A DNA stretch of 64,000 nt from assembly GCA_038823825.1 (NCBI GenBank), contig JAWBCC010000001.1, forward strand, positions 5,842 to 69,841, read 5' to 3'. Below are positions 28,534-37,899 of the stretch, in pieces. Made by a program: the position numbers and the translations under genes. Origin of the DNA: Candidatus Hadarchaeales archaeon. Lineage in GTDB: Archaea; Hadarchaeota; Hadarchaeia; Hadarchaeales; Hadarchaeaceae. Position 1 is the stretch's first letter. Every line of letters starts with the position of its first letter. Below the pieces are notes generated by a model. The model saw only the letters and a list, made by a program, of their open reading frames with translations, searched no databases and had not been told where the DNA came from.

Positions 28534-29199
28534 TTGATGGAAAAAGTCATATGCTTAGTTTCCGGTGGAATAGACTCTCCACTTGCTTGTGCTTTAGCAT
28601 CGAAAAATTTTGAGATAATTCCACTTCATTTCTGTGTTTATCCTTACGTGAGTGACGAGACATTTTTTACAACAATTGAAATTCTCAAGAAGTTGAAAGA
28701 CAGATTAGACGTAGAAAAAATTCTGATTTTTCCTTGGTCTAAAATTCTGCGCAGAATTTCTCATGCTGGTGGAAGGTACACTTGTGTTCTTTGCAGAAGG
28801 GGGATGCTGAAAGCTGCAGAAGCGTTATGTGAGAGAGAAAAATGTTCGGCGATAGTCACCGGGGAGTCAATCGGTCAGAAGGCATCCCAAACTCTTGACA
28901 ATCTTGCCGTGACATCATTTGGGATCAAGTTTCCGATCATTAGACCACTTCTGACGATGGACAAACTCGAGATAGAAAGAGAGGCGAGGAAAATTGGAAT
29001 TTGGAGCGAGAAACATGCCGGATGCTGTACTGTTGTTCCGAGATATCCCTCGACAAGCGCAAAAACAGAAACTGTGGAACGCTTATTCGCGAAGATCGGA
29101 TTAGAAAAAGAAATTGAAAACGAGTTGGGCAATGTTGTGGAAATTCGTAGTTTTAAAGACGTAGAAAAATTTCAAAATTCACTGAGAAAAGAATCTTGA
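28534..29199 (+). CDS. ThiI-like PP-loop ATPase / sulfurtransferase domain protein (stand-alone, no THUMP domain)
   Basis: SGGIDSP PP-loop, GESIGQKASQTL motif and a CxxC pair, as in the ThiI C-terminal half. Confidence 0.6.
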   Translation: MMEKVICLVSGGIDSPLACALASKNFEIIPLHFCVYPYVSDETFFTTIEILKKLKDRLDVEKILIFPWSKILRRISHAGGRYTCVLCRRGMLKAAEALCEREKCSAIVTGESIGQKASQTLDNLAVTSFGIKFPIIRPLLTMDKLEIEREARKIGIWSEKHAGCCTVVPRYPSTSAKTETVERLFAKIGLEKEIENELGNVVEIRSFKDVEKFQNSLRKES

Positions 29200-29208
29200 T
29201 TTAATTGT

Positions 29209-29820
29209 TCAAGCAGTTTTTTCCAGAATTTTTCTTATCTGCTTTAATTCCTCCAAGATTTCTCTTTCCAGACCCACCTGAGCCTGCGCAAAGAGAGGCC
29301 TGTTTTTTACAGATTTTAGGATGATTTCCCGGATTTCCAAAAAATTTGGAATCCCCCATATTGACGCTTCAGCCCCTCTCGTTCCAGGTCCAGCAGTGCC
29401 ACCAGCGGCCCCAGTGTATCCGGCGGTATATATGTGAACGGATCCCAGACCAAAAAATCGGGAAATCGGACCCTGTATCACATCAGCACACATAACGCGA
29501 GAATAAGGAACTGTATGTTTCATTTTCCACCAAACTCCTCGCTCTACTGTTGTTTCGTCTTCCTCTATTGTGAAGAAAATAGTGTCGTAGTATCGCGGAA
29601 TCCAATATGCAACAAACAAAATACCTATTGTGACAATGCCGAGAGGTATAAATGTAAATATTTTGTATTCTCGCCAGATTTCCGGAGCGAATTTGTATGC
29701 TCCCCAGACGGGTATGCTAGCAATGAAGAAAAGCGGCAATCCAGCAAGTAAAAGATAGATCCCATAGACCTTCTTCAGATTCGGATCGGGTTTGAACTTA
29801 TTTTGGACCATACTTTTCAC
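29209..29820 (-). CDS. membrane protein with a bacterial-type PH domain (YdbS-like) containing a Gly-rich insertion
   Basis: Two TM helices followed by a bPH-like beta domain. 4-nt overlap with the upstream partner. Confidence 0.5.
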   Translation of the reverse strand: MKSMVQNKFKPDPNLKKVYGIYLLLAGLPLFFIASIPVWGAYKFAPEIWREYKIFTFIPLGIVTIGILFVAYWIPRYYDTIFFTIEEDETTVERGVWWKMKHTVPYSRVMCADVIQGPISRFFGLGSVHIYTAGYTGAAGGTAGPGTRGAEASIWGIPNFLEIREIILKSVKNRPLFAQAQVGLEREILEELKQIRKILEKTA

Positions 29821-30527
29821 TCAAGTCTCTTTCCACAGTTAGGACAGAATTTTGCCTCTTTAACACTTATCCCCGCACCACAAAACGGACAGTAGCTCAC
29901 TCCGGACGCTTTAGGTTGTTTTTCTAAACTTTTCGCGATTCTTTTTAGATAGGGTGCCTCTGCGTATTCTTCCTGATATTTAAATATAATGTTCTTTACA
30001 GCGAATGGATCTTTCACACCATAGACGCAAGTAGATGGGCTAGCAACAGGAACGACTTGCCCTCCGACTGGCCCTCCGACGACAATAGTTCCGGAAGGTC
30101 CTACTCTTCCTCCACCCGCCTGCCATCCGACCATTCCGGTTCCAAGTCCGGATTTCGTTATCGGTATTACATTTCCGAAGCCGAAAATCCTACCAATTAT
30201 GCCTTGGTCTACTACAACATCAGATATGTCGTCGTATTGGATTTGTCTAGATGAGATAGTTATGAATTTGCGATAGATCACGATTCTTTTATTTGTGAGA
30301 TAGTAAGTAAACGCTTGTGAGTAAAAAATCACTGCGATTATCCCGATTATTCCGAAAAATGTTACTAGTATTCCCAACCACCAGAGATAGCCTAGAAGAA
30401 TTAGACCGATTATAAAAATGATCCCTGAAAGAATGAAATGGCCCAAAAAAGCTAGCCTTTGTGGTTTTAAAATTTTTAGTAGCTTTTCTTTTGGGAGTAA
30501 AGATATTGGGAGTTTTTCTTGTGCCAT
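29817..30527 (-). CDS. membrane protein with a bacterial-type PH domain (YdbT-like) and a C-terminal zinc ribbon
   Basis: TM hairpin, PH-like domain with a Gly-rich insert, C-terminal CPFCG...CPNCG. Confidence 0.5.
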   Translation of the reverse strand: MAQEKLPISLLPKEKLLKILKPQRLAFLGHFILSGIIFIIGLILLGYLWWLGILVTFFGIIGIIAVIFYSQAFTYYLTNKRIVIYRKFITISSRQIQYDDISDVVVDQGIIGRIFGFGNVIPITKSGLGTGMVGWQAGGGRVGPSGTIVVGGPVGGQVVPVASPSTCVYGVKDPFAVKNIIFKYQEEYAEAPYLKRIAKSLEKQPKASGVSYCPFCGAGISVKEAKFCPNCGKRLE

Positions 30528-30583
30528 TCTGAAAATAATTGTACACTAGGATTTAAAATAGATGCTTCTGAGATTTCGAAATC

Positions 30584-30661
<78 letters not shown>

Positions 30662-30711
30662 AACAATCAAATTTTCACATGTTTTCCTCATAAAACTTAT
30701 TTTTGCCTCTA

Positions 30712-30721
30712 TCGGTATAAA
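30712..30721 (+). promoter_or_regulatory. TATA-like box (GGTATAAAAT) about 20 nt upstream of the ABC operon GTG start
   Basis: Position and AT-rich context. Confidence 0.25.
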
Positions 30722-30735
30722 ATCGGGGGGCGATC

Positions 30736-31650
30736 GTGAGAAGAAAAGTGATAGAGGTTAGAAATCTTGTCAAGCGGTATGGCAACATTTTAGCCCTGTC
30801 TGGAGTTTCCTTCGATGTCTATCGTGGAGAGATTTTTACAATGGTCGGTCCGAACGGCGCCGGCAAAACGACTACGGTCGAAATCCTTGAATGTCTTAGA
30901 AACCCGACGAGTGGAAACGTGAAAATCTTTGGAATGGATATCGAGGGGCACGAAGAGGAGATAAAACAGCGGATTGGAGTTTTACCACAGGAATTCGGTA
31001 CCTTTGAGAGACTTACAGTAGAAGAAAATATTCGCTTTATCGCAAAGATTTATGAACGCAGAGTTGACGTCTCAAATATTCTTCAGACCCTCGGCTTGCT
31101 CGAGCATCGAAAGAGAAAATTTGGAGAGTTATCTGGAGGGATGAAGAGACGCGTAGGAATTGCCATGGCTCTTGCATCCTGTCCAGAAATAATCTTTCTT
31201 GATGAACCGACTACCGGTCTTGATCCTCAAGCAAGACAGGAGCTTTGGCAAACAATAAAGAATTTGAGAAAGGAAGGCATGACAATTTTTCTGACTACTC
31301 ATTACATGGAGGAAGTAGAAGCTCTCGCGGATCGAGCTGCGCTGATTCTCAATGGTAAAATATTGATAACGGATTCTGTGCGATCCCTAATTTCCAAGTA
31401 TGGCGGTGGTTTCAGGGTGTCTATTTCGGAGAAAAGAGGCATAAGAATTTTGAGGAAAGTCGGCGAAAAAATCGTTCAGCAAGATGGTAAAACAACAGCG
31501 TTTTTCAAATCTCGCGAAGACATGCTCGAGGCTTTCCTTTATCTTAGTAGGCATGGTCTGAAACCAGAAATGAAAGAACCCTCTATGAATGAAGTTTTCC
31601 TGAACTTGGCAGGAGGGAGAATAAACGAGCATGGAGAGTTGATACAGTGA
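30736..31650 (+). CDS. ABC transporter ATP-binding protein
   Basis: Walker A GPNGAGKTT, signature LSGGMKRR, Walker B IIFLDEPT. Confidence 0.85.
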   Translation: MRRKVIEVRNLVKRYGNILALSGVSFDVYRGEIFTMVGPNGAGKTTTVEILECLRNPTSGNVKIFGMDIEGHEEEIKQRIGVLPQEFGTFERLTVEENIRFIAKIYERRVDVSNILQTLGLLEHRKRKFGELSGGMKRRVGIAMALASCPEIIFLDEPTTGLDPQARQELWQTIKNLRKEGMTIFLTTHYMEEVEALADRAALILNGKILITDSVRSLISKYGGGFRVSISEKRGIRILRKVGEKIVQQDGKTTAFFKSREDMLEAFLYLSRHGLKPEMKEPSMNEVFLNLAGGRINEHGELIQ

Positions 31651-32897
31651 AGACTCTTCACTTAACTGTAGTGCTTTTTAAAAACTGGATCAGAAGCAGA
31701 ATGGGGGTTTTCTTTTCATTTCTCTTTCCGGTCGTTCTCCTTTTGATTTTTGGATCAGTCTTTGGAGGAGGAGCCGGGAGGTACAGCATATGGGTGCAAA
31801 ATCGAGACTTGGAAAATGGGTCTCCGAGCGACCTATCGATTGCCTTCATATCCGCAATGGAGAATTCGGGTGTTTTCTCAATCAAGATGATACCACCCTC
31901 TGTCGAAATCTCGAGCTGGGTTAAGGAGCACATACCTTCGTTTACCAGCTACAGAGTTCTAGTGATACCGGAAAATTTCGGGAAAAAGGCTGCCGAGAAG
32001 GGCATCAAGGTCCGTGGCATGATAATTCTGAGTAGTTTAGATCTGATAGTCGAAACTTATGGGGAATATATGGATGAGAACAATCTTAGATCCATTCAAG
32101 AAGGCAAATCGGCTCTGGAGAACTGGGTAACAGGAATTACACCTGAGGAAGCAACACTTATTTTATATGTTCAAGAAGGAGATGCATCGGCTCAAGTAGT
32201 TAGCAGCGCAGTGCAGAGCATAGTTCAAGCATTCAACAATTCTCTGATAAGCGCACAATCGGTTATCGAGGTGAAATTTACAACGCTCTCGGAGAGAACG
32301 CTCAAGCCGGCAGATTATTACGTGCCAGGATATACCGCAGCTTTCATAATGACGAATGGTGTAATTGGTTTGACATCGAACATTTCCGAGTTCAGGCGAA
32401 ATGGAATTCTTAAAAGAGTGGCCGCAACACCTCTTTCGAAGAAATCTTGGATTCTGGCAAATCTGATTACGCAGGTCATACTTGCTTTTCTTCTCACGAT
32501 TATAATGATTTTTTTGGGACGCCTAATATTTGGAACCAGCGGAACCCCAGACATTTTCTTCATTTGCTTGGTTCTGCTGGGAGCAACCCTTTTCTGCGCA
32601 ATAGGTATAACTATGGGAGGATTGATAAAAGATGTCGAAGCAGCTAGCGCAGCGGGGAATCTTGTTGCGTTTCCGATGATGTTCCTTTCTGGTGCGTTTT
32701 GGCCAATAGAGATAATGCCAGAAATTTTGCAGACAATTGCAAAGTGTATGCCTCTCTATTACTTCCATCAAGGTCTCAGGCAGACACTCATCCTCGGGAA
32801 TCCTGCCGGTGCTCTAACATCTTTCGTTGTACTCGGGGCTCTTTCTGTAGTTTTCGTTTTATTGGCTGTGAAAATCACAAAATGGAAAGAAATATAA
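31647..32897 (+). CDS. ABC-2 family transporter permease
   Basis: N-terminal TM, large extracytoplasmic loop, about 5 C-terminal TM helices. Translationally coupled to the ATPase. Confidence 0.7.
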   Translation: MKTLHLTVVLFKNWIRSRMGVFFSFLFPVVLLLIFGSVFGGGAGRYSIWVQNRDLENGSPSDLSIAFISAMENSGVFSIKMIPPSVEISSWVKEHIPSFTSYRVLVIPENFGKKAAEKGIKVRGMIILSSLDLIVETYGEYMDENNLRSIQEGKSALENWVTGITPEEATLILYVQEGDASAQVVSSAVQSIVQAFNNSLISAQSVIEVKFTTLSERTLKPADYYVPGYTAAFIMTNGVIGLTSNISEFRRNGILKRVAATPLSKKSWILANLITQVILAFLLTIIMIFLGRLIFGTSGTPDIFFICLVLLGATLFCAIGITMGGLIKDVEAASAAGNLVAFPMMFLSGAFWPIEIMPEILQTIAKCMPLYYFHQGLRQTLILGNPAGALTSFVVLGALSVVFVLLAVKITKWKEI

Positions 32898-33207
32898 AAA
32901 AGAAAAAAGCTAGAGCCACGATAATCAGATTTTTCTATCTACCCGCGGCTCTTCTCTTCTGCCAGCAATCCCGGCAGTAAACCGGTCTGCCCTCCGTCGG
33001 CTTGAAGGGGACCTCGCACTCGGCACCGCAGTCAGAACAGACTGCTTTATACATTTGCCTTGGTCCTCTTCTGCCGAACCTTCCATATGCCACTTTTCCT
33101 ACTTCTCCTAGAACTTCAGCGAGAAACAGCCGAAAAGCTGTCCCGGGTTTCCCAGGTTAATCTCGCTGTAGTTCTGCCTTCATTTCTATGCTTCCAGTAT
33201 ATAAGGA

Positions 33208-33957
33208 TTGTTAGGTATCACGTTTCTATCCCTTCACAAGTTGCATCGTCATTCCGCGCTGAATGATTTTAAAGAGTATGTGAGGAGGTTCAAGGATCAT
33301 CCAGCAGTCTTGATGTGGTGTGTTGGAAATGAGGTCGAGTTTCAGATTCAGAATTTATGGCCGGGCGACGAAACGAAGCTGAGGGACTGGTTTTCGCTTC
33401 TGAATGAATTGGCAAAAGCAGCTTTTGAAGTCGAGGGTCAATCCTACCATCCAGTTATAACCTCAGCGGCGGAAATTTATGTCATCGGAGAAAATTCGAT
33501 AGGATCTGATGACGGTTCTTTAAAGTTTCTAGATGCTTGGGGAGCGACTCTTTTCCGTGGTAGGTCTTTTGAAGGGGCTTTTGATCAGTTCAGAAGCAGA
33601 AGCTTGAAACCTCTCGTGGTCACCGAATTTGGAATAGACGCTTGGGACAATCTTCAGAAAAAAGAGGATGAAAACGCTCAGGCTGAGTACGCCAAAGATC
33701 TTCTGAGGGAGTTATTCGAGGCTGGGGAAAGAATTCTTGGCGGATGTTATTTTGAATGGACAGACGAATGGCAAAAGAGCGGAAATCCCAGCGCACACGA
33801 TATTGGAGGATTCTCAATGCCATCATTCCCGGACGGCGTGGCAAACGAGGAATGGTTTGGTGTTTGCAGAGTTCTTGAGAACCGCGCGGGAGGCGTAGAC
33901 ATCCTTCAGCCGAGGTCAGTTTACAATATTATAAAAGAGAAATATCTCACCAGCTAA
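33208..33957 (+). pseudogene. truncated clan GH-A glycoside hydrolase (C-terminal ~230 aa only), paralog of 35766..37823
   Basis: Aligns with the last third of the 685-aa GH (HPAVLMW-GNEV...TEFG/AEWG...FEW(T/S)DEW). An in-frame stop lies immediately upstream and no N-terminal coding is present in 32898-33207. Confidence 0.55.
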
Positions 33958-33966
33958 AAATTCTGT

Positions 33967-35775
33967 TTAGTAATCTTCCACGACGATGTGAAGCGTGAAA
34001 GTCTCGCCCGACTGCGCAGTCGATGTACCTCCGACTGTCAGTTTTAGATATCTGGAGCTTCCTGGAGCAAGCACGAGCGGGTAGATTACCCCATTAACAA
34101 AGACGTTTTGTCCATCCATAGTGTAAATGTTTGACCAGAGTTTACCTCCTGAAGCATCCCAAGCGTCGCAGATAACCTTCAGAGTTTTAGTCTCGCTGGT
34201 GCTGTTGTTCAGAAGAATATTAGTTATGGTCACCGATCCTATGCGTGGAATGTTAACCGCAGACGGGATACCAGAAAGAGTCACGACTCCTGGAGGTGGA
34301 GGAGGCGGAGGAGGTGGGGGTGAAATGGGTGAGGAAACAACTATCGTCAAGCGACAGGAAGCAGAGGTTCCGCTGTTGTCGATCACCGTGAGTGTCACCG
34401 TGTAACTTCCAGGATTTAAATATCTGTGGGTGGGGTTGCGATCTGTTGAGCTAGTTCCGTCTCCGAAATCCCAGATCCATCTCACTATATGACCGTCCGG
34501 ATCGTACGAGTTGTCAATGAATTGTATGGTGTCAGAGGTCGTCGGAGAAGTTGGAGAATACGTAAATCTAGCCACCGGCGCACCAACAACGGAGACTCTT
34601 TTTACAAGAATTATGTAATCGATATAGACGATCACATTTTTTCCGGTGATGCCGTCCGAGAAAGCGATGTTCCACGGAACTCTTATGTTGGAGAGGTCTT
34701 CCCCAAATGCTCCTAGTGGAATAACTACTCTACGCCACGAGGTTGTGATATGTGCGTAGTCGCTTACTCTGACTTTTCCTCCTGTGCCATAGATGTCTTC
34801 AAGAATTATCTCAAAGTCTTCGCCGCCTCTTTCTCCTTTTACCCAGAACACTAGGTTTTCATAATCGGAGAGATTTTTCGGGCCGCTCGTGAATTCACAG
34901 TAAAATCCAGCCCACCCTCCGCTTATGTTTGAATAGATAAATTTCCAAGCTTTATCGGAGTCAGACTCCCATCCGCCAGTCTGAATCTCGAGCAGCGAAA
35001 GATGTTGTCCGTTGTTTGGATGTCCGTAACGAGCCGGAGCACCGATATCCTCACCCATTCCCCCATCCCAGTAGATAATGTAAATTAACTCTGAAGGCGG
35101 AAGCGATACAGAGACAATAGTCTCGAATCTTCCCTCATTCCCGTCATTGTCCACGACTGTGAGGATGACCCTGTATGAGCCCGCTGCATGGAAAATGTGT
35201 GTTGGGTTCTGACTTCTGCTGAAGGTTCCATCTCCGAAATCCCAAAGCCAACTTACGATATGGCCGTCTGGATCGTACGAGTTGTCGATGAATTGAAGAG
35301 TGTCGAGCACCGTTGGATGTGGGGGAGAAAATATGAAAAATGCGCGGGGGATTCCTGAAGGTCTCACTCTTATAACTTTAGTTTTTGTTGCATTTTCACC
35401 GGCATTATCGGTTACGAGCAGAGTTACTGTGTATTCTCCATCCCTCAAGTATCTGTGTGTGGGGTTTTGTTCTGTGGAACGGGTGTTGTCGCCAAAGTCC
35501 CAAAGCCAACTTACGATATGGCCGTCTGGATCGTACGAGTTATCGATGAACTGGACGACCTCGTTTTCTTGCGGTTCAACGTTATCACCTGTCAGAGAAT
35601 CAACAGACCACGTGAAATCTGCGACTGGTGGGATATTGACAACGGGTTTGGGTCTGGGTCGTAATAGGAGAACAAAGATTATCACAGTGAGGATGATCAC
35701 TATTGCGAGAACATATATGAAGCGAATTTCGCCGTATACACGTTTTTCTTCGTGTTTATCTTTCATTACGTCCAC
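33967..35775 (-). CDS. membrane-anchored surface protein with three PKD domains, a CBM-like domain, a poly-Pro linker and a C-terminal beta domain
   Basis: N-terminal TM. Three copies of FIDNSYDPDGHIV(S/R)W(L/I)WDFGD(G/N)T (PKD signature). P10-11 tract. CBM-like domain homologous to those in 7000..11100. Confidence 0.7.
   Translation of the reverse strand: MDVMKDKHEEKRVYGEIRFIYVLAIVIILTVIIFVLLLRPRPKPVVNIPPVADFTWSVDSLTGDNVEPQENEVVQFIDNSYDPDGHIVSWLWDFGDNTRSTEQNPTHRYLRDGEYTVTLLVTDNAGENATKTKVIRVRPSGIPRAFFIFSPPHPTVLDTLQFIDNSYDPDGHIVSWLWDFGDGTFSRSQNPTHIFHAAGSYRVILTVVDNDGNEGRFETIVSVSLPPSELIYIIYWDGGMGEDIGAPARYGHPNNGQHLSLLEIQTGGWESDSDKAWKFIYSNISGGWAGFYCEFTSGPKNLSDYENLVFWVKGERGGEDFEIILEDIYGTGGKVRVSDYAHITTSWRRVVIPLGAFGEDLSNIRVPWNIAFSDGITGKNVIVYIDYIILVKRVSVVGAPVARFTYSPTSPTTSDTIQFIDNSYDPDGHIVRWIWDFGDGTSSTDRNPTHRYLNPGSYTVTLTVIDNSGTSASCRLTIVVSSPISPPPPPPPPPPGVVTLSGIPSAVNIPRIGSVTITNILLNNSTSETKTLKVICDAWDASGGKLWSNIYTMDGQNVFVNGVIYPLVLAPGSSRYLKLTVGGTSTAQSGETFTLHIVVEDY
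35232..35295. repeat. intragenic direct repeat, copy 1 (PKD module), about 52/54 nt identical to 35491..35553
   Basis: Identical core cccaaagccaacttacgatatggccgtctggatcgtacgagtt in both copies. A third, diverged copy lies near 34461-34524. Confidence 0.6.
35491..35553. repeat. intragenic direct repeat, copy 2 (PKD module)
   Basis: See copy 1. Confidence 0.6.
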
Positions 35776-37823
35776 TTCTCCTTGAGAGCGTAGTACGCAA
35801 GTCTAGGAATCTTGACGGGACTTTCGAGCGAGGTGAGCTTCATTATCCCCCACCATTCCTCATTCATGTTGTTCTGGCCGGCGACGTAGTCGTAGTAGTT
35901 GGGATTCGCCCAAGTCGCCAAATTGTCATGGATTTCATAATTTCCGGCCTTCCACCACTCATCGGACCACTCGAAGACCGTTCCTCCAATGCAAACGCGA
36001 TTTTCGTTTTCCGCGCTCAGATTTTCTGAAATTTCATCCCAAAGATTTTCTATATACAGCTTCTGCATGAGCTGGTTCTCTGTGTTGTCCCTTGCGTCCA
36101 GAGCATCGCACCCCCACTCCGCCAGAAGAAGGGGTTTGCTACTCTTGACTTTGTAGTTGCTGAAGAGATTGCCGAAAGAGGAACCATAATACACGTTTAC
36201 TCCCCATATGTCCAAGGACGTCAGGTTTTCGTCAGCCGAACCGATGCTTGGATCCCCTATACGCGTGATGTCTTGGTTAACTGTCATAACAGGATGGTTG
36301 TCGTCTACTTGTTTGGCGGCAAATGCCACAGCCTGAACGAGCGAGAACCAGTTTTCCTTTCTCGCCGGGTATACATCGACCTCATTTCCGAATGCCCACA
36401 TCAGAACTGCCGGGTGGTCTTTCCATTTATTAACCAGTTTGAGAAAACCTTCTTTCAGGTTCTCTCTCACCCAGCTTTTACTCATGTCTACGGATCGATC
36501 CACCCAGTATCCCATGATAACATATAACCGTTGGCTCCAAGCGGCATCCAGAATATCTCGGTTTTCTAATATTGCATGCTGGGGCGGTGGGACAAAATTT
36601 TCCCACCGGACGAAATCTACATAAAACGTCTGGTTTGTTTCCACGGTGATCATGAAGGGACTGTAAACTTTGTCAAGATTTTCCCAGTTCTCTGCAGGAA
36701 TAGTGATCTCCTGCCAGTTGTTTGTTCCATCCCATCCAAACTGGCTGATGTAATAACTCTGGATGTTCCCCTTCGGAGCCTCAATCTCGATCTTCAGGTT
36801 AACGGGTGTCTTAACCCAGAACTTCAAAGCGGAGGCGCCAGAGAGGTCAACGGTGTGATCATGCGGGAGTGCGAGAAAAAGACCCCAGCCGGCATAGCTC
36901 CCAGAAGGCTGTGTGAGGAAGCATCTCCCTCCTTCGGGAACGTTGCCCGGTCCGAACCCAGTATATCTGGCTTCAAAATAGCCACCCCCCCACGTTAGGA
37001 TTTTGACGCCTCCAGGTATCCCGCCATCAGAGTAAGGAGAAAAACCGGTCCATCTAACTTTGTCTATGTAAAACGTTCCGCTAGTCTCCATCGTTATTTT
37101 GAAAGGACAGTAGACTTGGTTCAGGTTACTCCAGTGACTGGCGGGAATCGTTATCTCTTGCCAGTTGTTTGTTCCATCCCAGCCGTAATTGCTTATGTAT
37201 TTAGTCTGTGTGTTTCCCTGTGGTGCTTCTATCTCAACCTTCAGATTTGCGGTAGTTTTGACCCAGAATTTGAGCGCCGTAGCACCAGAGAGATTTATTG
37301 TGTGAGCAGAAGGGTTCGCTAGGAAAATTCCCCAGCCAGCCCAGTTTGCGCTCACAGTTTTAAACGATTTTGTTCCTTCGGGAGGGGTTATTTCATGTGT
37401 TTCTGTGAAGCTTCCACCACCCCCTTGCCATGTCCAGAGATAGGAATCCAGAGGAATTCCATCGTCGTGGTAAACCCAATAATAGGCATCGTTAAAGTAG
37501 GTTACGCCGGCATTATAAGTTCTGATGGTATTCGCTCCCATGCTTCGGATGTTCTCGAAATCGTTTTCATAGATTTCTTGCGCATGCCACCAGAAGAAGT
37601 CGGGCCCCTCTCCTGGCGGAGTTGGTGAATAGCAAACCCCTTTTACGGTGAAAGGAGATCCGTTTACGAGCAGCCGACGTCCGTCTACGGTCACGACTGT
37701 TTTCTCGATGATTTCTGCGGAAAATTTTGTCTCACAGTATGTATAGTAAACCACACCAGAGGCCACCGATGAGAGAACAAGAGAAGCAAGTATGATCGCA
37801 AGCGGGCATGTGTTTTTTTGCAT
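35766..37823 (-). CDS. secreted clan GH-A glycoside hydrolase (GH5-like TIM barrel) with two tandem N-terminal CBM-like domains
   Basis: Signal peptide. Two repeats of ALKFWVKT-ANLK-EIEAP-GN-Q--YIS-(Y/F)GWDGTNNWQEITIPA. Catalytic motifs GNE (acid/base) and AEWG (nucleophile). Confidence 0.7.
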   Translation of the reverse strand: MQKNTCPLAIILASLVLSSVASGVVYYTYCETKFSAEIIEKTVVTVDGRRLLVNGSPFTVKGVCYSPTPPGEGPDFFWWHAQEIYENDFENIRSMGANTIRTYNAGVTYFNDAYYWVYHDDGIPLDSYLWTWQGGGGSFTETHEITPPEGTKSFKTVSANWAGWGIFLANPSAHTINLSGATALKFWVKTTANLKVEIEAPQGNTQTKYISNYGWDGTNNWQEITIPASHWSNLNQVYCPFKITMETSGTFYIDKVRWTGFSPYSDGGIPGGVKILTWGGGYFEARYTGFGPGNVPEGGRCFLTQPSGSYAGWGLFLALPHDHTVDLSGASALKFWVKTPVNLKIEIEAPKGNIQSYYISQFGWDGTNNWQEITIPAENWENLDKVYSPFMITVETNQTFYVDFVRWENFVPPPQHAILENRDILDAAWSQRLYVIMGYWVDRSVDMSKSWVRENLKEGFLKLVNKWKDHPAVLMWAFGNEVDVYPARKENWFSLVQAVAFAAKQVDDNHPVMTVNQDITRIGDPSIGSADENLTSLDIWGVNVYYGSSFGNLFSNYKVKSSKPLLLAEWGCDALDARDNTENQLMQKLYIENLWDEISENLSAENENRVCIGGTVFEWSDEWWKAGNYEIHDNLATWANPNYYDYVAGQNNMNEEWWGIMKLTSLESPVKIPRLAYYALKEKWT

Positions 37824-37899
37824 ATCATCTCACCTTTTCTTTTTTTGGGAAAAATAAAAGGGCGGTGAGCCGACAAGGCGGCTCACCTTTCTAGCCCCT

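Noticed and set aside
34127-34405. Plus-strand ORF encoding a poly-Gly run (GGGGGGGGGG)
   Set aside because: It is the antisense reading of the poly-Pro linker of the PKD protein gene. It is not an independent gene.
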